The notes beneath the pieces are model-generated. The model saw only the letters and a list, made by a program, of their open reading frames with translations, was not told the origin of the DNA and did not search any database. This document shows, one piece after another, positions 20,723 through 29,514 of a stretch of DNA of 38,087 bases. Every line of letters begins with the position of its first letter. Position 1 is the stretch's first letter. The position numbers and the translations under genes were made by a program. Where the stretch lies: the IMG/VR virus record IMGVR_UViG_2711768019_000014; one strand, written 5' to 3'. This DNA is from a virus. Lineage: Duplodnaviria > Heunggongvirae > Uroviricota > Caudoviricetes.

Positions 20723-21252
20723 TGATCTATCCCCCAACAGGCTAATGCGCTTTCCTGGTCACGACGAATAACCTGTCCATAGCAGTTATTTGAACGTATG
20801 CGGCAATCGCGCCCACCATCTTTTATCCACCAGCGAATCGCCTCGCATGCACCTTTACGATCACCAGCATTCAGCCGCTTATAAAACGTCGACGGAAAAC
20901 ACTTACCGGGGCCAATGTTATAGGGACAAAATGACGCGATACCCGCTTTTTGTGGCTCGGTCAGTGGTACTTTAATATTGCGCTCCACCCATGCCAGCGC
21001 CTTATCACGCTCAATGGCGTTGACCTGGTCGCATTTTTCCTTCGACAGTTTCATACCGGGAAAAACGGGTTTTCCATCCACCATCGTGGCACCCCGACAG
21101 ATGGTCCAGATGCCGGACCCATCGCGGTATGCCGTTGTGTGGTTACCTTCTTTTTCATCCAGAAACTGGTCGAGAATATCAGGCGCGGGCGCACCGACGG
21201 CAATCAGTGCCAGAACGGCAGCCGACAGGCCGTATCTGATTTTTGCGTTCAT
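20719..21252 (-). CDS. Endolysin, T4-type lysozyme with an N-terminal SAR-like hydrophobic segment
   Basis: N-terminal [18 protein letters not shown]; catalytic-triad-like spacing E..D..T in [24 protein letters not shown]; lies between holin and Rz. Confidence 0.85.
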   Translation of the reverse strand: MNAKIRYGLSAAVLALIAVGAPAPDILDQFLDEKEGNHTTAYRDGSGIWTICRGATMVDGKPVFPGMKLSKEKCDQVNAIERDKALAWVERNIKVPLTEPQKAGIASFCPYNIGPGKCFPSTFYKRLNAGDRKGACEAIRWWIKDGGRDCRIRSNNCYGQVIRRDQESALACWGIDQ

Positions 21253-21385
21253 GGATATTTATCAGGATTTATCGGTTTCTGCCCACGGACAGGTTTATCT
21301 GTTCCGGTCAGTGACTTAAGGTTGTGATTCCGGAGGAGTCTTCAGAGAACCAGTAATTCTTCCTGGTAGCTTTCCTTTGTAGGTT

Positions 21386-21776
21386 NNNNNNNNNNNNNNN
21401 NNNNNNNNNNNNNNNNNNNNNNNNNNNNNNNNNNNNNNNNNNNNNNNNNNNNNNNNNNNNNNNNNNNNNNNNNNNNNNNNNNNNNNNNNNNNNNNNNNNN
21501 NNNNNNNNNNNNNNNNNNNNNNNNNNNNNNNNNNNNNNNNNNNNNNNNNNNNNNNNNNNNNNNNNNNNNNNNNNNNNNNNNNNNNNNNNNNNNNNNNNNN
21601 NNNNNNNNNNNNNNNNNNNNNNNNNNNNNNNNNNNNNNNNNNNNNNNNNNNNNNNNNNNNNNNNNNNNNNNNNNNNNNNNNNNNNNNNNNNNNNNNNNNN
21701 NNNNNNNNNNNNNNNNNNNNNNNNNNNNNNNNNNNNNNNNNNNNNNNNNNNNNNNNNNNNNNNNNNNNNNNNNNNN
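21386..21776. other. N-masked block (391 nt) covering most of the holin and the holin-lysozyme junction
   Basis: Run of n. Confidence 1.
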
Positions 21777-21848
21777 AAACCAGTACCCGGCACTACCTGC
21801 TGAGGTGCCATAGGCGACACCCGTTGTTAACTTATCCATGGATTTCAT
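21633..21848 (-). CDS. Class II pinholin (phage 21 S-like); the 3' two-thirds is N-masked and the end coordinate is estimated
   Basis: [24 protein letters not shown] with the Met1-Lys-Ser-Met4 dual-start motif and a GGTGGGG Shine-Dalgarno; directly upstream of the endolysin. Confidence 0.65.
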
Positions 21849-21915
21849 AACCCCACCTCGCAGATGCGGGTGCTGTGTAATGGAAATAAAAAGGCCACCT
21901 GACGTGGCCACCAGA

Positions 21916-22968
21916 TTATTTCCCCACCAGCTCGTTTATCTCTTTCACTGTCTGATTAAACCGCTCTGACTCAAGCTCAACACCTAAGGCCCGACGCCCC
22001 AGCGCCATTGCTGCTTTTATTGTGGAACCGGATCCCATAAAAAAATCAGCAACCAGATCACCTGGTCGACTACTGGCATTGATTATTTGCCTGAGCATAT
22101 CCGCCGGTTTCTCACACGGATGTTTCCCCGGGTAGAACTGAACGGGTTTATGCATCCAGACATCGGTATAAGGCACGGAGACTGATACGGAGAAATAGCG
22201 CCGGAGAGATTTAAACTCATCCAGCAATTCAGAATATTTACGATTCAGTGAATCATAAGATGCCACCAGCTGGTGGTGTGGTTGTTCCAGTTGTTGTTCC
22301 TGAAACTTCTCTGCCGCTATACGGGAAAACAGTGCCTGTAACTTCCGATAGTCAGCCTCATTCGGCAACTGCCACTGACTGGCACCAAACCAGTGGGAAA
22401 CCATATTTTTCTTACCTGTGGCTTCGGCAATTTGTTTTGCCGTTATACCCAGTTCGGCACGAGCATCCCTGAAATACGATATCAGCGGTGCCATTATGTG
22501 CTGTTTGAGTTCCCTTTCTTTTGCCGCATAGCCGTCACTTTTGCCGCGATATGGCCCCTGGTAATGTTCAGCAAACAGAACGCGCTCTGTGGCAGGAAAA
22601 TATGCGCGCAGACTTTCTTTATTACACCCATTCCAACGTCCGGACGGCTTCGCCCAGATGATATGGTTAAGCACGTTGAAACGTTCACGCATCATGATCT
22701 CAATATCAGATGCCAGGCGATGCCCACAGAACAGGTAAAGGCTTCCGGCAGGTTTCAACACCCGCCAGAACTGGGCCAGACAGTGGTCCAGCCACTTAAG
22801 GTAATCTTCGTCCCCTTTCCACTGATTGTCCCAACCGTTGGGTTTCACCTTGAAGTAAGGCGGATCGGTAACAATCAGGTCAATGGAATCATCAGGCAGG
22901 GACTGAATAAAATGCAGGCAATCAGCGTTGATTAAATCAACACTGTTTATTTTTACAGTATTTTTCAT
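21916..22968 (-). CDS. DNA methyltransferase (N6-adenine/N4-cytosine class, DPPY motif)
   Basis: 350 aa; motif [10 protein letters not shown] near the N-terminus and a C-terminal AdoMet-binding-like FFMGSGST; located in the late operon upstream of the holin. Confidence 0.8.
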
Positions 22969-23118
22969 GGATCAGTAAGCGTAACTCTGGTAGGCTCACT
23001 CTGCTTTTGCGCTAAAGCAGTGGGCCGTGGTTCGCTTGTGACCAGTAAGCATGAGCGAATGGCTGGCAGGTGCTACCAACACCCACCAGCCGCCCATTTT
23101 CACAGCAGGAAACCGCCA

Positions 23119-23346
23119 TTACTGGCAGCGTCTGAATTTATTCCCGTACCCGCCGTTATCCTTCGCCAGACCCGCCAGAACTAACTGAGTCAGTATTAAC
23201 TGGCACCGGGCTTCGCTTACTCCGGTAGTTCTCGTCATCATGCGTGGCGTTACCCACTTGTCAGCAGGTAAGAAATGAAGGACTGCGGCGGCGGTTTCTG
23301 TCATATCTTGCTGTTTTAGCATGTCTTTTTCCCTTCTGGTTAACAT
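23119..23346 (-). CDS. Hypothetical small protein (75 aa)
   Basis: ORF only; sits between the lipoprotein moron and the methyltransferase. Confidence 0.4.
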   Translation of the reverse strand: MLTRREKDMLKQQDMTETAAAVLHFLPADKWVTPRMMTRTTGVSEARCQLILTQLVLAGLAKDNGGYGNKFRRCQ

Positions 23347-23444
23347 GACATACCAATAACTCTTGTCTAAAAAGCCAGCAAGATAAAAAGTCAGTATTCA
23401 CGACCACCAGCGTGTTTACTGTACTGCACCAAGTTTACGGGTAC

Positions 23445-23468
23445 AAAAAACCCGCTCAGTGGCGGGTT
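23445..23468 (-). terminator. Rho-independent terminator downstream of the lipoprotein moron
   Basis: Minus strand aacccgcc-actgag-cgggtt followed by T6; near-identical copy of the terminator at 24119-24148. Confidence 0.6.
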
Positions 23469-23545
23469 GCTATCACAGCTATATATTTACTTATTATGCC
23501 GTTACTAACATTTATCTTCGACATATAATCGAAAACAAGGTTTGC

Positions 23546-23971
23546 TTAAAACTCTGCTTTCATTTTATCCGGGAATTTTTTATTTGCAGCATAATAACTA
23601 CCAAGTACATAAGCGTTCATTTGCTGCTCTACATCAACCCGACATGCCGCACTAGAACAAGCTCCACTGATAAGCCCAAAAGAACTCCCTTTAGCAGAGA
23701 GATCAGCTTTGATTTCCTCTACAGTGTTTTTCCCCATAGCAACTACACACCCTGTCACAATATATCTAGCTTTCACATCATCCATGCTAAGGATAGTAGT
23801 TTTCGCAATTTTGCTGTATCCATCATTTTTATAAACATCCATGGCAAACGCACGGCAATCTGTATAATACGGACTTGCTTTAACTTGCGAATACTCAGGT
23901 AATTTCATACCTGCACAACCAACTAAACAAAAACCTATCGCTGCTATTAATACCTTTTTCATTACAGTCAT
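23546..23971 (-). CDS. Lipoprotein of unknown function (AT-rich moron)
   Basis: Signal peptide with lipobox (MKKVLIAAIGFCLVGCAG); marked GC drop relative to flanking phage genes; flanked by two terminators. Confidence 0.7.
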   Translation of the reverse strand: MTVMKKVLIAAIGFCLVGCAGMKLPEYSQVKASPYYTDCRAFAMDVYKNDGYSKIAKTTILSMDDVKARYIVTGCVVAMGKNTVEEIKADLSAKGSSFGLISGACSSAACRVDVEQQMNAYVLGSYYAANKKFPDKMKAEF

Positions 23972-24118
23972 AACCTAGAAGCATCATTGAAACTAATTTA
24001 TTAAATAACCATCGAGTTTCTGGAATACAGACGTTAACCATCTCTCCAAAATCTAAAAGATAATAAGAAAAAATGTTTAACGCACCAATCCATTTCATAG
24101 TTTCATGAGACATCAGGC

Positions 24119-24148
24119 ACAAAAAACCCGCTCAGCGGCGGGTTTTTG
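24119..24148 (-). terminator. tR'-like terminator immediately downstream of the late promoter (bidirectional hairpin)
   Basis: aaaaaacccgc-tcagcg-gcgggttttt, about 40-60 nt downstream of the candidate promoter on the minus strand. Confidence 0.65.
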
Positions 24149-24182
24149 ACATTTACCAACGGTAGACATACAAGGCCCATCG

Positions 24183-24220
24183 TTGAGAAAATCTTATCCA
24201 TATTTTTTGAAAAATGCAAG
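24183..24220 (-). promoter_or_regulatory. Candidate late promoter pR' (with qut region)
   Basis: Minus strand TTGCAT-N17-TAAGAT located between the Q-like gene stop and the terminator. Confidence 0.45.
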
Positions 24221-24250
24221 TATCACGTCGACATCTTCGGCGAAAATTAT

Positions 24251-25003
24251 CTATCTTGTCACTTTTCTCAATTGCGATTCAGCATACGCTTCTTCCTGCC
24301 AGCACTTTGTAACCAGTTTATTAATAACGTCTGCATATCCTTTGTACCACTGATAATCCGTCAGGTCCGGTACCAGTTTCTGGACATGATGCCGCGCCAG
24401 TGTGGTTGGTAAACGGCTAAACCGGTTGCCATTGCAACGCCCACAAATCTTATAAACAGGCACACCATGAAGCCGGGTTCTTTTTTCATCCAGGACAATA
24501 CCTTTACCCTTACACCCTCTGCACGCTGTGCTGACTTCTCCCTTACCATGGCAATGCTGACATAGTTCCTTCACCCACTCTTCCTTGATAACAGATTCCC
24601 CGCTTCTGGAGTGTTTCACCACTTCGCGCAATACATTATGAAATCCAGTACCAGCACAATGCTCACAGCGAGCCTTACTTGCCGCAGACCTGGAATAATC
24701 AGCAAAGGCAAAATTCACAAGGTAAGGGATGATCTGTAACCGGGTTTCTTCACTCAATTTGTTCAATGTCGGGTTATCCAGTGCCATCGCGTAATTGAGC
24801 AGACCTTCAATCGCAAATTGAGGATCCTGAACACCAACTTTTGCCAGGAATAAGGCAAACCCAAGCGGTGCTTTCGACTGCACCATCCCCTGCGCAGCCA
24901 TCACATCCGTAATCGTTAAACCACCTGAGCCTGTCGCCGGTGCGTCATCGCTCAATTTTGGAGATTTTGGGGAGTAATATTTTGGTAAGGCTTCAAGGTT
25001 CAT
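24251..25003 (-). CDS. Late-gene antiterminator Q-like protein with four CxxC zinc-binding motifs
   Basis: 250 aa; CEHCAGTG, CQHCHGKG, CRGCKGKG, CGRCNGNR; assigned mainly from its position directly upstream of the promoter-terminator pair; GGAG Shine-Dalgarno. Confidence 0.55.
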   Translation of the reverse strand: MNLEALPKYYSPKSPKLSDDAPATGSGGLTITDVMAAQGMVQSKAPLGFALFLAKVGVQDPQFAIEGLLNYAMALDNPTLNKLSEETRLQIIPYLVNFAFADYSRSAASKARCEHCAGTGFHNVLREVVKHSRSGESVIKEEWVKELCQHCHGKGEVSTACRGCKGKGIVLDEKRTRLHGVPVYKICGRCNGNRFSRLPTTLARHHVQKLVPDLTDYQWYKGYADVINKLVTKCWQEEAYAESQLRKVTR

Positions 25004-25016
25004 GCTCGTTCTCCAC

Positions 25017-26012
25017 TTACGCCAATACGCCAATTGCCAGCGCACGATCGATAAAACGAAATATCAGCTCCAGCTGGGAGCCATACTTCTCTTCAAATGC
25101 CACGGTATCCGCATGCAGCTCGTCGTGATGCTTTCTGCACAAAGGCAACACAAAGAGGTCATGCGCTTTTGTACCCATTCCACCCTGACCGTGGCCTATC
25201 AGGTGGTGGGGATCATCAGCAGGCTTTCCACAACATGCACACGGCTGTGTCTTAACCCAGCGCGTGTACTTTTCATTAACCCAGCGGCGGCGTTTTGGGC
25301 GTAACATAAAAGACTCCGGCGACTCCGGATCCACTTTCAGCGCCAGCACCTTTTTTGCCTTATCCTGGATGATGCTGGTGGCAGGAACCGAAGGCACAAG
25401 GTCACTTTCCCGGGTGACAGACGGCACAACAGGCTTTGGTAATCTCAGTGCCTTACGGGCTGCACTTTCCGGTAAGGCATCCGCCAGGTCATTACGAATC
25501 AGCCACCAGCACAGTTCCGGCATTGTCACAACGTGACTATCATCAAAACCGAGATCCCGACGCACAACAGACAACACCCAGCGGGCACAGTTATCCGTTG
25601 CCATTGATTCCAGCCGTTCCGTGAACTGATCGCGCAGCTGGTTATCGCAGTGCCAGCACAGACGGATTGCGCCCGGAGCGTGTCGCATTGTGGTCATGTT
25701 CTCGCTGTGCCAGTCGGAATGAGGCCACTGGCAGCCTTTTTCACGAAGTAACCAGCTTTCAAGACATTCCACGCCACCAGCACGACGGATCACTGCCTCA
25801 TTGCGGAACACGGCCCGAACGGCAGGATCATCCGCCAGCGGTTGTGATGCCGCCGGAACGGCACCACTGGCGAAAGATGAATAACGTTCCGGCTCAGGCT
25901 CCAGCAGAACACGCCCCTGCATAAACAGGGGCATCAGCTCTGAACCTGGCCTGAACAATACGATCCCCATACGCGGGGCAATTTCAGGGGTCAGTAGTGC
26001 TCTCACGGTCAC
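25017..26012 (-). CDS. DUF968-like prophage protein (YdfU-like) with a C-terminal Cys/His motif
   Basis: 331 aa; C-terminal CACCGKPADDPHHLIGHGQGGMGTKAHDLFVLPLCRKHHDELH; family assignment is from memory. Confidence 0.55.
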   Translation of the reverse strand: MTVRALLTPEIAPRMGIVLFRPGSELMPLFMQGRVLLEPEPERYSSFASGAVPAASQPLADDPAVRAVFRNEAVIRRAGGVECLESWLLREKGCQWPHSDWHSENMTTMRHAPGAIRLCWHCDNQLRDQFTERLESMATDNCARWVLSVVRRDLGFDDSHVVTMPELCWWLIRNDLADALPESAARKALRLPKPVVPSVTRESDLVPSVPATSIIQDKAKKVLALKVDPESPESFMLRPKRRRWVNEKYTRWVKTQPCACCGKPADDPHHLIGHGQGGMGTKAHDLFVLPLCRKHHDELHADTVAFEEKYGSQLELIFRFIDRALAIGVLA

Positions 26013-26013
26013 C

Positions 26014-26823
26014 TCAATGAACGGTATCGAGCAGCTTTAACAGCTCAGGGAATCGGGATTCGAAGAAATGCGGCTGCGTCTCGCGCGGATTTGCAGGACT
26101 GGTGATGTTCTTGCCGAACATGCAGCCTTTCGCCGTCAGCGACCAGAATTTTTTGATGTTGTTAATCGCGGTACGGCTGTATCGTTCGCGTTGTTCAACG
26201 ATCCCCAGCTTCACCATCTGGTGATATGCCTGATTAGCCGTCAGGCGGATACCATACTGCTTCAGCAGTGCACTCAGCGACAGCGTGGGGCGACTTGAGC
26301 CATCAGGCGCGTCAGCAGGAGCATCAATGGCATAGCGCGGTGCCAGATTCGGTAAGCCAACAGCCTCCTGAAGCTTCTGACAGGCTCCAAGCACTGATGA
26401 GTTAGACAGATTTAATTCCCGGCGCATAAAGTCCAGCAGGATCACGCCAGCCTGCATCTTGTCAGCAGCCTGTCCGGATAATTTTTCCGGTGCGCTGGTT
26501 ACCATGTCGAAAGTACGGATCACCTTCAGATGGAATGACGGGCTGATCCACATTGCATAGGCATACACCAGTTCTTTGCAGACATACGTCCCCTGGTTAT
26601 TTCCGCCATTAATGACGCTAACTGGTTGATTTTGTTCCAGAGGCGGAATTCCACCCTCGGTGAAAAGTTGTTCAATCAATTCACAGGTTTGCTTATTGGA
26701 GAGCCAGTATTTCGGGCGGTTTTTTTGTTCTCCCCCGGCTGCCCTGTGCAGATCGTTCAGGCTGTAACGCCCATAAGCATCACGACGAACTTCAATACCA
26801 TCAATGACCATCAGATTATTCAT
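26014..26823 (-). CDS. KilA-N domain protein
   Basis: N-terminal region (MVIDGIEVRRDAYGRYSLNDLHRAAGG...KYWLSNKQTCELIEQL...TYVCKELVYAYAMWISPSF) matches KilA-N features; GGAG Shine-Dalgarno. Confidence 0.65.
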   Translation of the reverse strand: MNNLMVIDGIEVRRDAYGRYSLNDLHRAAGGEQKNRPKYWLSNKQTCELIEQLFTEGGIPPLEQNQPVSVINGGNNQGTYVCKELVYAYAMWISPSFHLKVIRTFDMVTSAPEKLSGQAADKMQAGVILLDFMRRELNLSNSSVLGACQKLQEAVGLPNLAPRYAIDAPADAPDGSSRPTLSLSALLKQYGIRLTANQAYHQMVKLGIVEQRERYSRTAINNIKKFWSLTAKGCMFGKNITSPANPRETQPHFFESRFPELLKLLDTVH

Positions 26824-26842
26824 ACTTCGTTTCTCCTCTTGA

Positions 26843-27232
26843 TCAGGCGGCTGCACCCGCCGGTTTCTCATACTTACTGATAGTGATCTCGACCTTCCCT
26901 TTCTGGATAACCGGTCCCCACTCCACCAGCATTCTTTTCACCTGGCTGTCGTCTTCCCACACCCCCGCGTGGGTCAGGGCGTCAAACAGCGCCTTGTTAT
27001 AGTTGTCCAGATCGCGGATCCGGTTATCCGGAGGAAACAACACGATCTCCACTGAAGCAGGTGCCGACGTTGGTTTTGGCAGACGACGTAACTGCTCAAC
27101 TATTGCTGCGCACGCCGCGCTCTGAAATTTTCGCCCCGCCGCGCTTATCAGGCTCTTACCAGCAAATGCCCCTTTGTTGGGGTGTCGCCAGTACGTGTTC
27201 ACGCTGGGCGGGAAAGGCAGGATCAGCTTCAT
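26843..27232 (-). CDS. rusA: Holliday junction resolvase RusA
   Basis: 129 aa; LPFPPSVNTYWRH and RDLDNYNKALFDALTHAGVWEDDSQV motifs typical of RusA. Confidence 0.85.
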   Translation of the reverse strand: MKLILPFPPSVNTYWRHPNKGAFAGKSLISAAGRKFQSAACAAIVEQLRRLPKPTSAPASVEIVLFPPDNRIRDLDNYNKALFDALTHAGVWEDDSQVKRMLVEWGPVIQKGKVEITISKYEKPAGAAA

Positions 27233-27555
27233 ACTTTCAGGCCTCTCTCATGTAACCAGTGGGTTGCACGCAGCCTGGCGTTTTCCTCACCGGCAAGCAG
27301 TGAGCGGATAATCCCGACCGCCTCGCTGTCGTCGTCCTTCACCGCGGTATGAAGAGTGATACCCCGGGCCATGCCACGCTTTATCGTGATGACGCCTTTT
27401 TTCTCCAGTGCGCGAAGATGTTCCACCGCTGCATTCACTGAACGGTATCCCAGCATGGTTGCCACCTCCTGATTGGTTGGCGGGAAGCCACGTTCTTTCT
27501 GGTAAGAAATCAGCATATCCAGCACCTGCTGCTGGCATTGAGTTAACGTCGTCAT
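27229..27555 (-). CDS. LexA N-terminal DNA-binding-domain protein lacking the S24 peptidase domain
   Basis: 108 aa; LTQCQQQVLDMLISYQKERGFPPTNQEVATMLGYRSVNAAVEHLRALEKKGVITI closely resembles the LexA winged-helix domain; no Ser-Lys catalytic region. Confidence 0.75.
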   Translation of the reverse strand: MTTLTQCQQQVLDMLISYQKERGFPPTNQEVATMLGYRSVNAAVEHLRALEKKGVITIKRGMARGITLHTAVKDDDSEAVGIIRSLLAGEENARLRATHWLHERGLKV

Positions 27556-28205
27556 GCCGCCATCTCCCTGACCAGTTTTTCCGCCTGCTGGCGAACCTGC
27601 GCCAGAAACGCCTCACCACATGCCTCAAGTTCATCGCGCCCGATGTAGCTGATTGCCGGTCCCTTCCAGGTCTTGTCGAAAACAGCAATAGCACCAGCGA
27701 AGAAAGCGCCTGTCGGCACCTGCTTCTCGTCCTTCGGGATAAACCAGGCAGGCAGTTCAAAACCAATACGCCCGCGAATAAAAGCAATATGATCTGCATC
27801 TTCCGGCCACCACACTTCGCTGGTGGCAGCTTTGATCAGGAAAACATAGCGTCCGCCCTTATCACGCATGGCACTGGCATGTTTCATGATGTAACGCATG
27901 CCGGTGATGTATTGCCCTTCATGCTGACTGGCGCGGCTGTACGGGGGATTACCAAAGGCAGCACCTTTAAGCTCCGCAAGACGTTCAGACCAGTCATGCG
28001 CCAGCGCGTTGTCTTCCGCAGTGTAATAAGCGGCACATTTGGCGTTATCACCATCAGTGAACAGATCCAGAACAAACGGGCCAAACAGGGTGTTAATTCC
28101 CCAGAAAATGTTATCCGGCGTGCGCCACTGATCGCCCACTTCCTTCAGTTCATGGGCTGGTTTGTTCCGCAGCTCCACCAGCGCCTGGCAATATTTATTA
28201 CTCAT
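27552..28205 (-). CDS. Phage-type DNA N6-adenine methyltransferase (Dam-like)
   Basis: About 217 aa with NPPY motif (AAFGNPPYS); start ATG overlaps the upstream stop. Confidence 0.75.
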   Translation of the reverse strand: MSNKYCQALVELRNKPAHELKEVGDQWRTPDNIFWGINTLFGPFVLDLFTDGDNAKCAAYYTAEDNALAHDWSERLAELKGAAFGNPPYSRASQHEGQYITGMRYIMKHASAMRDKGGRYVFLIKAATSEVWWPEDADHIAFIRGRIGFELPAWFIPKDEKQVPTGAFFAGAIAVFDKTWKGPAISYIGRDELEACGEAFLAQVRQQAEKLVREMAA

Positions 28206-28699
28206 TAAGCCCCCACGTAATTCCCTGACAGATACCACTCTTCACCCGATGCAGCGCGCTTGCTGCTTTTCCGTAAGCACCGCTCACGACGCGCCAGAAA
28301 ATTGTTTCGTTCTGGCTGGGAGTGGCTTTCACGGAATGCCGCCATCCACACCGTTGCAGCACGACGGTATAAGCCCCTGGACTCCAGTTCTTCCGCCTGG
28401 CGGGTCAGGCACAAAATCACCCGGGGATCGTTAGTGCCGACATAGAAATTGCGCACAGGTCTGGTTTCACGAACTGGTTGTGGTTCCGGCTCCTGCGCTC
28501 TCTCAGTCAGGCGTGGGAAATGTCTGCGTGTATCTCCTTCATAACGGTGAGCCACACGCCCACTCTGACGTAACTTGCTTGCTGACTGCAGAACGCGCTG
28601 CCGTGAGTAACCTGCAAAAGCATCCGCAATGTCTCCGGAAGTACACCCCGGATGGGCTTCAATGAATTTCTGAACTTCATTCAAAAGACTCATGATCAC
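28205..28699 (-). CDS. PerC-like regulatory protein (candidate)
   Basis: 164 aa; C-terminal ELESRGLYRRAATVWMAAF resembles the PerC-family signature as I recall it; ATGA overlap with the upstream gene. Confidence 0.45.
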   Translation of the reverse strand: MIMSLLNEVQKFIEAHPGCTSGDIADAFAGYSRQRVLQSASKLRQSGRVAHRYEGDTRRHFPRLTERAQEPEPQPVRETRPVRNFYVGTNDPRVILCLTRQAEELESRGLYRRAATVWMAAFRESHSQPERNNFLARRERCLRKSSKRAASGEEWYLSGNYVGA

Positions 28700-29514
28700 C
28701 CCCTGAATCCTGCCGGGATCTGGCTGTAGTCCACGTTGTCGTAACTGGCTTTGAAGTACGGGTCCTCGCGTCTGGCTGCAGATACCGCAGGAACTTCCCA
28801 GAATTCTTCGAAATGACGATCCGGACCAAAGAACGTGACAGCCTGTTTCACAAATTGTGTGCCGCTGTTACCCATCGCAGATACCCATCCCGCGTAGCGT
28901 TTCACACCTTCCAGCATGGTTTCGGGGTTTACTCCCTCATTCAAACGGGCTTTCCAGGCTTTGAAGGCTGCAGATTTTGAATTGCCACCAGCACGTTTGG
29001 GATATGCCAGCCATGCCTGCTCAAACTCCGGAGAGTATTCCGGTCGGTTTGAACGAACTCGCACGGACTCATCAACTGATGCACCAACAGCTATTGGTTC
29101 ATTGACTGGTTCTTTGACTGGTTCAAAAGAGTGACTGGTTCTGGGTGAATCTCCTGCACTACCCCCTGGTGCAACTCCTGCACTACCTGGTGAATTTGCT
29201 GCACCAGATAGTGAATTATTTGCACTACCCCCTAGTGAATCTCCTGCACCATCCAGATGAAGGAGATAGATATTACTTGAGTTACCTTTTTCACCTTTCC
29301 GGGTGACTTTTTTTACCAGCCCGGACTCACAAAGGGCCGCAATATGATTCATCACAGAACGTTTGCTAATTTCGCACTGGTCAGCAATATGCTGGTAGCT
29401 GGGCCAGCACTCACCCTGATCGCTGGCATTATCAGCCAGCTTGATCAGAACCAGTTTTCGCAATGGATTACCCACTCGAATTTTCATCGCTTTAACCATC
29501 AGCTCCATACTCAT
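28696..29514 (-). CDS. Replication initiation protein (O-like; N-terminal HTH domain, repeat-encoded Gly/Ser/Pro linker)
   Basis: 272 aa; N-terminal HTH-like region (KLVLIKLADNASDQGECWPSYQHIADQCEISKRSVMNHIAALCESGLV); tandem DNA repeats lie inside the gene as in lambda O. Confidence 0.6.
   Translation of the reverse strand: MSMELMVKAMKIRVGNPLRKLVLIKLADNASDQGECWPSYQHIADQCEISKRSVMNHIAALCESGLVKKVTRKGEKGNSSNIYLLHLDGAGDSLGGSANNSLSGAANSPGSAGVAPGGSAGDSPRTSHSFEPVKEPVNEPIAVGASVDESVRVRSNRPEYSPEFEQAWLAYPKRAGGNSKSAAFKAWKARLNEGVNPETMLEGVKRYAGWVSAMGNSGTQFVKQAVTFFGPDRHFEEFWEVPAVSAARREDPYFKASYDNVDYSQIPAGFRG
29103..29141. repeat. Three direct copies of TGACTGGTTC (starting at 29103, 29115, 29132) inside the replication gene
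   Basis: Read directly; these encode EPV repeats in the protein. Confidence 0.6.
29144..29254. repeat. Five tandem 21-24-bp repeats (GGTGAATCTCCTGCACTACCCCCT and variants): candidate origin iterons
   Basis: Read directly; they lie within the linker-coding part of the replication gene, analogous to lambda ori in O. Confidence 0.55.

Noticed and set aside
22968-23119. Intergenic region upstream of the methyltransferase considered as a possible tRNA (lambdoid phages often carry tRNAs between Q and S)
   Set aside because: No cloverleaf-compatible sequence or T-loop motif (GGTTCGAATCC-like) found; no tRNA called.
23895-24122. 75-aa minus-strand ORF overlapping the 5' end of the lipoprotein gene
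   Set aside because: It overlaps the lipoprotein start in another frame; its GGAGAG motif abuts the ATG with about 2-nt spacing, too close for a functional Shine-Dalgarno.
21916-24250. Shiga toxin or other known toxin genes at the Q-to-S locus
   Set aside because: The locus carries a lipoprotein, a small ORF and a DNA methyltransferase; no A/B5 toxin-like ORFs are present.
24251-25003. The four CxxCxGxG motifs of the Q-like protein considered as evidence for a DnaJ-type chaperone
   Set aside because: No J-domain (HPD motif) or Gly/Phe region is present; position directly upstream of a promoter-terminator pair fits a zinc-binding Q-type antiterminator better.
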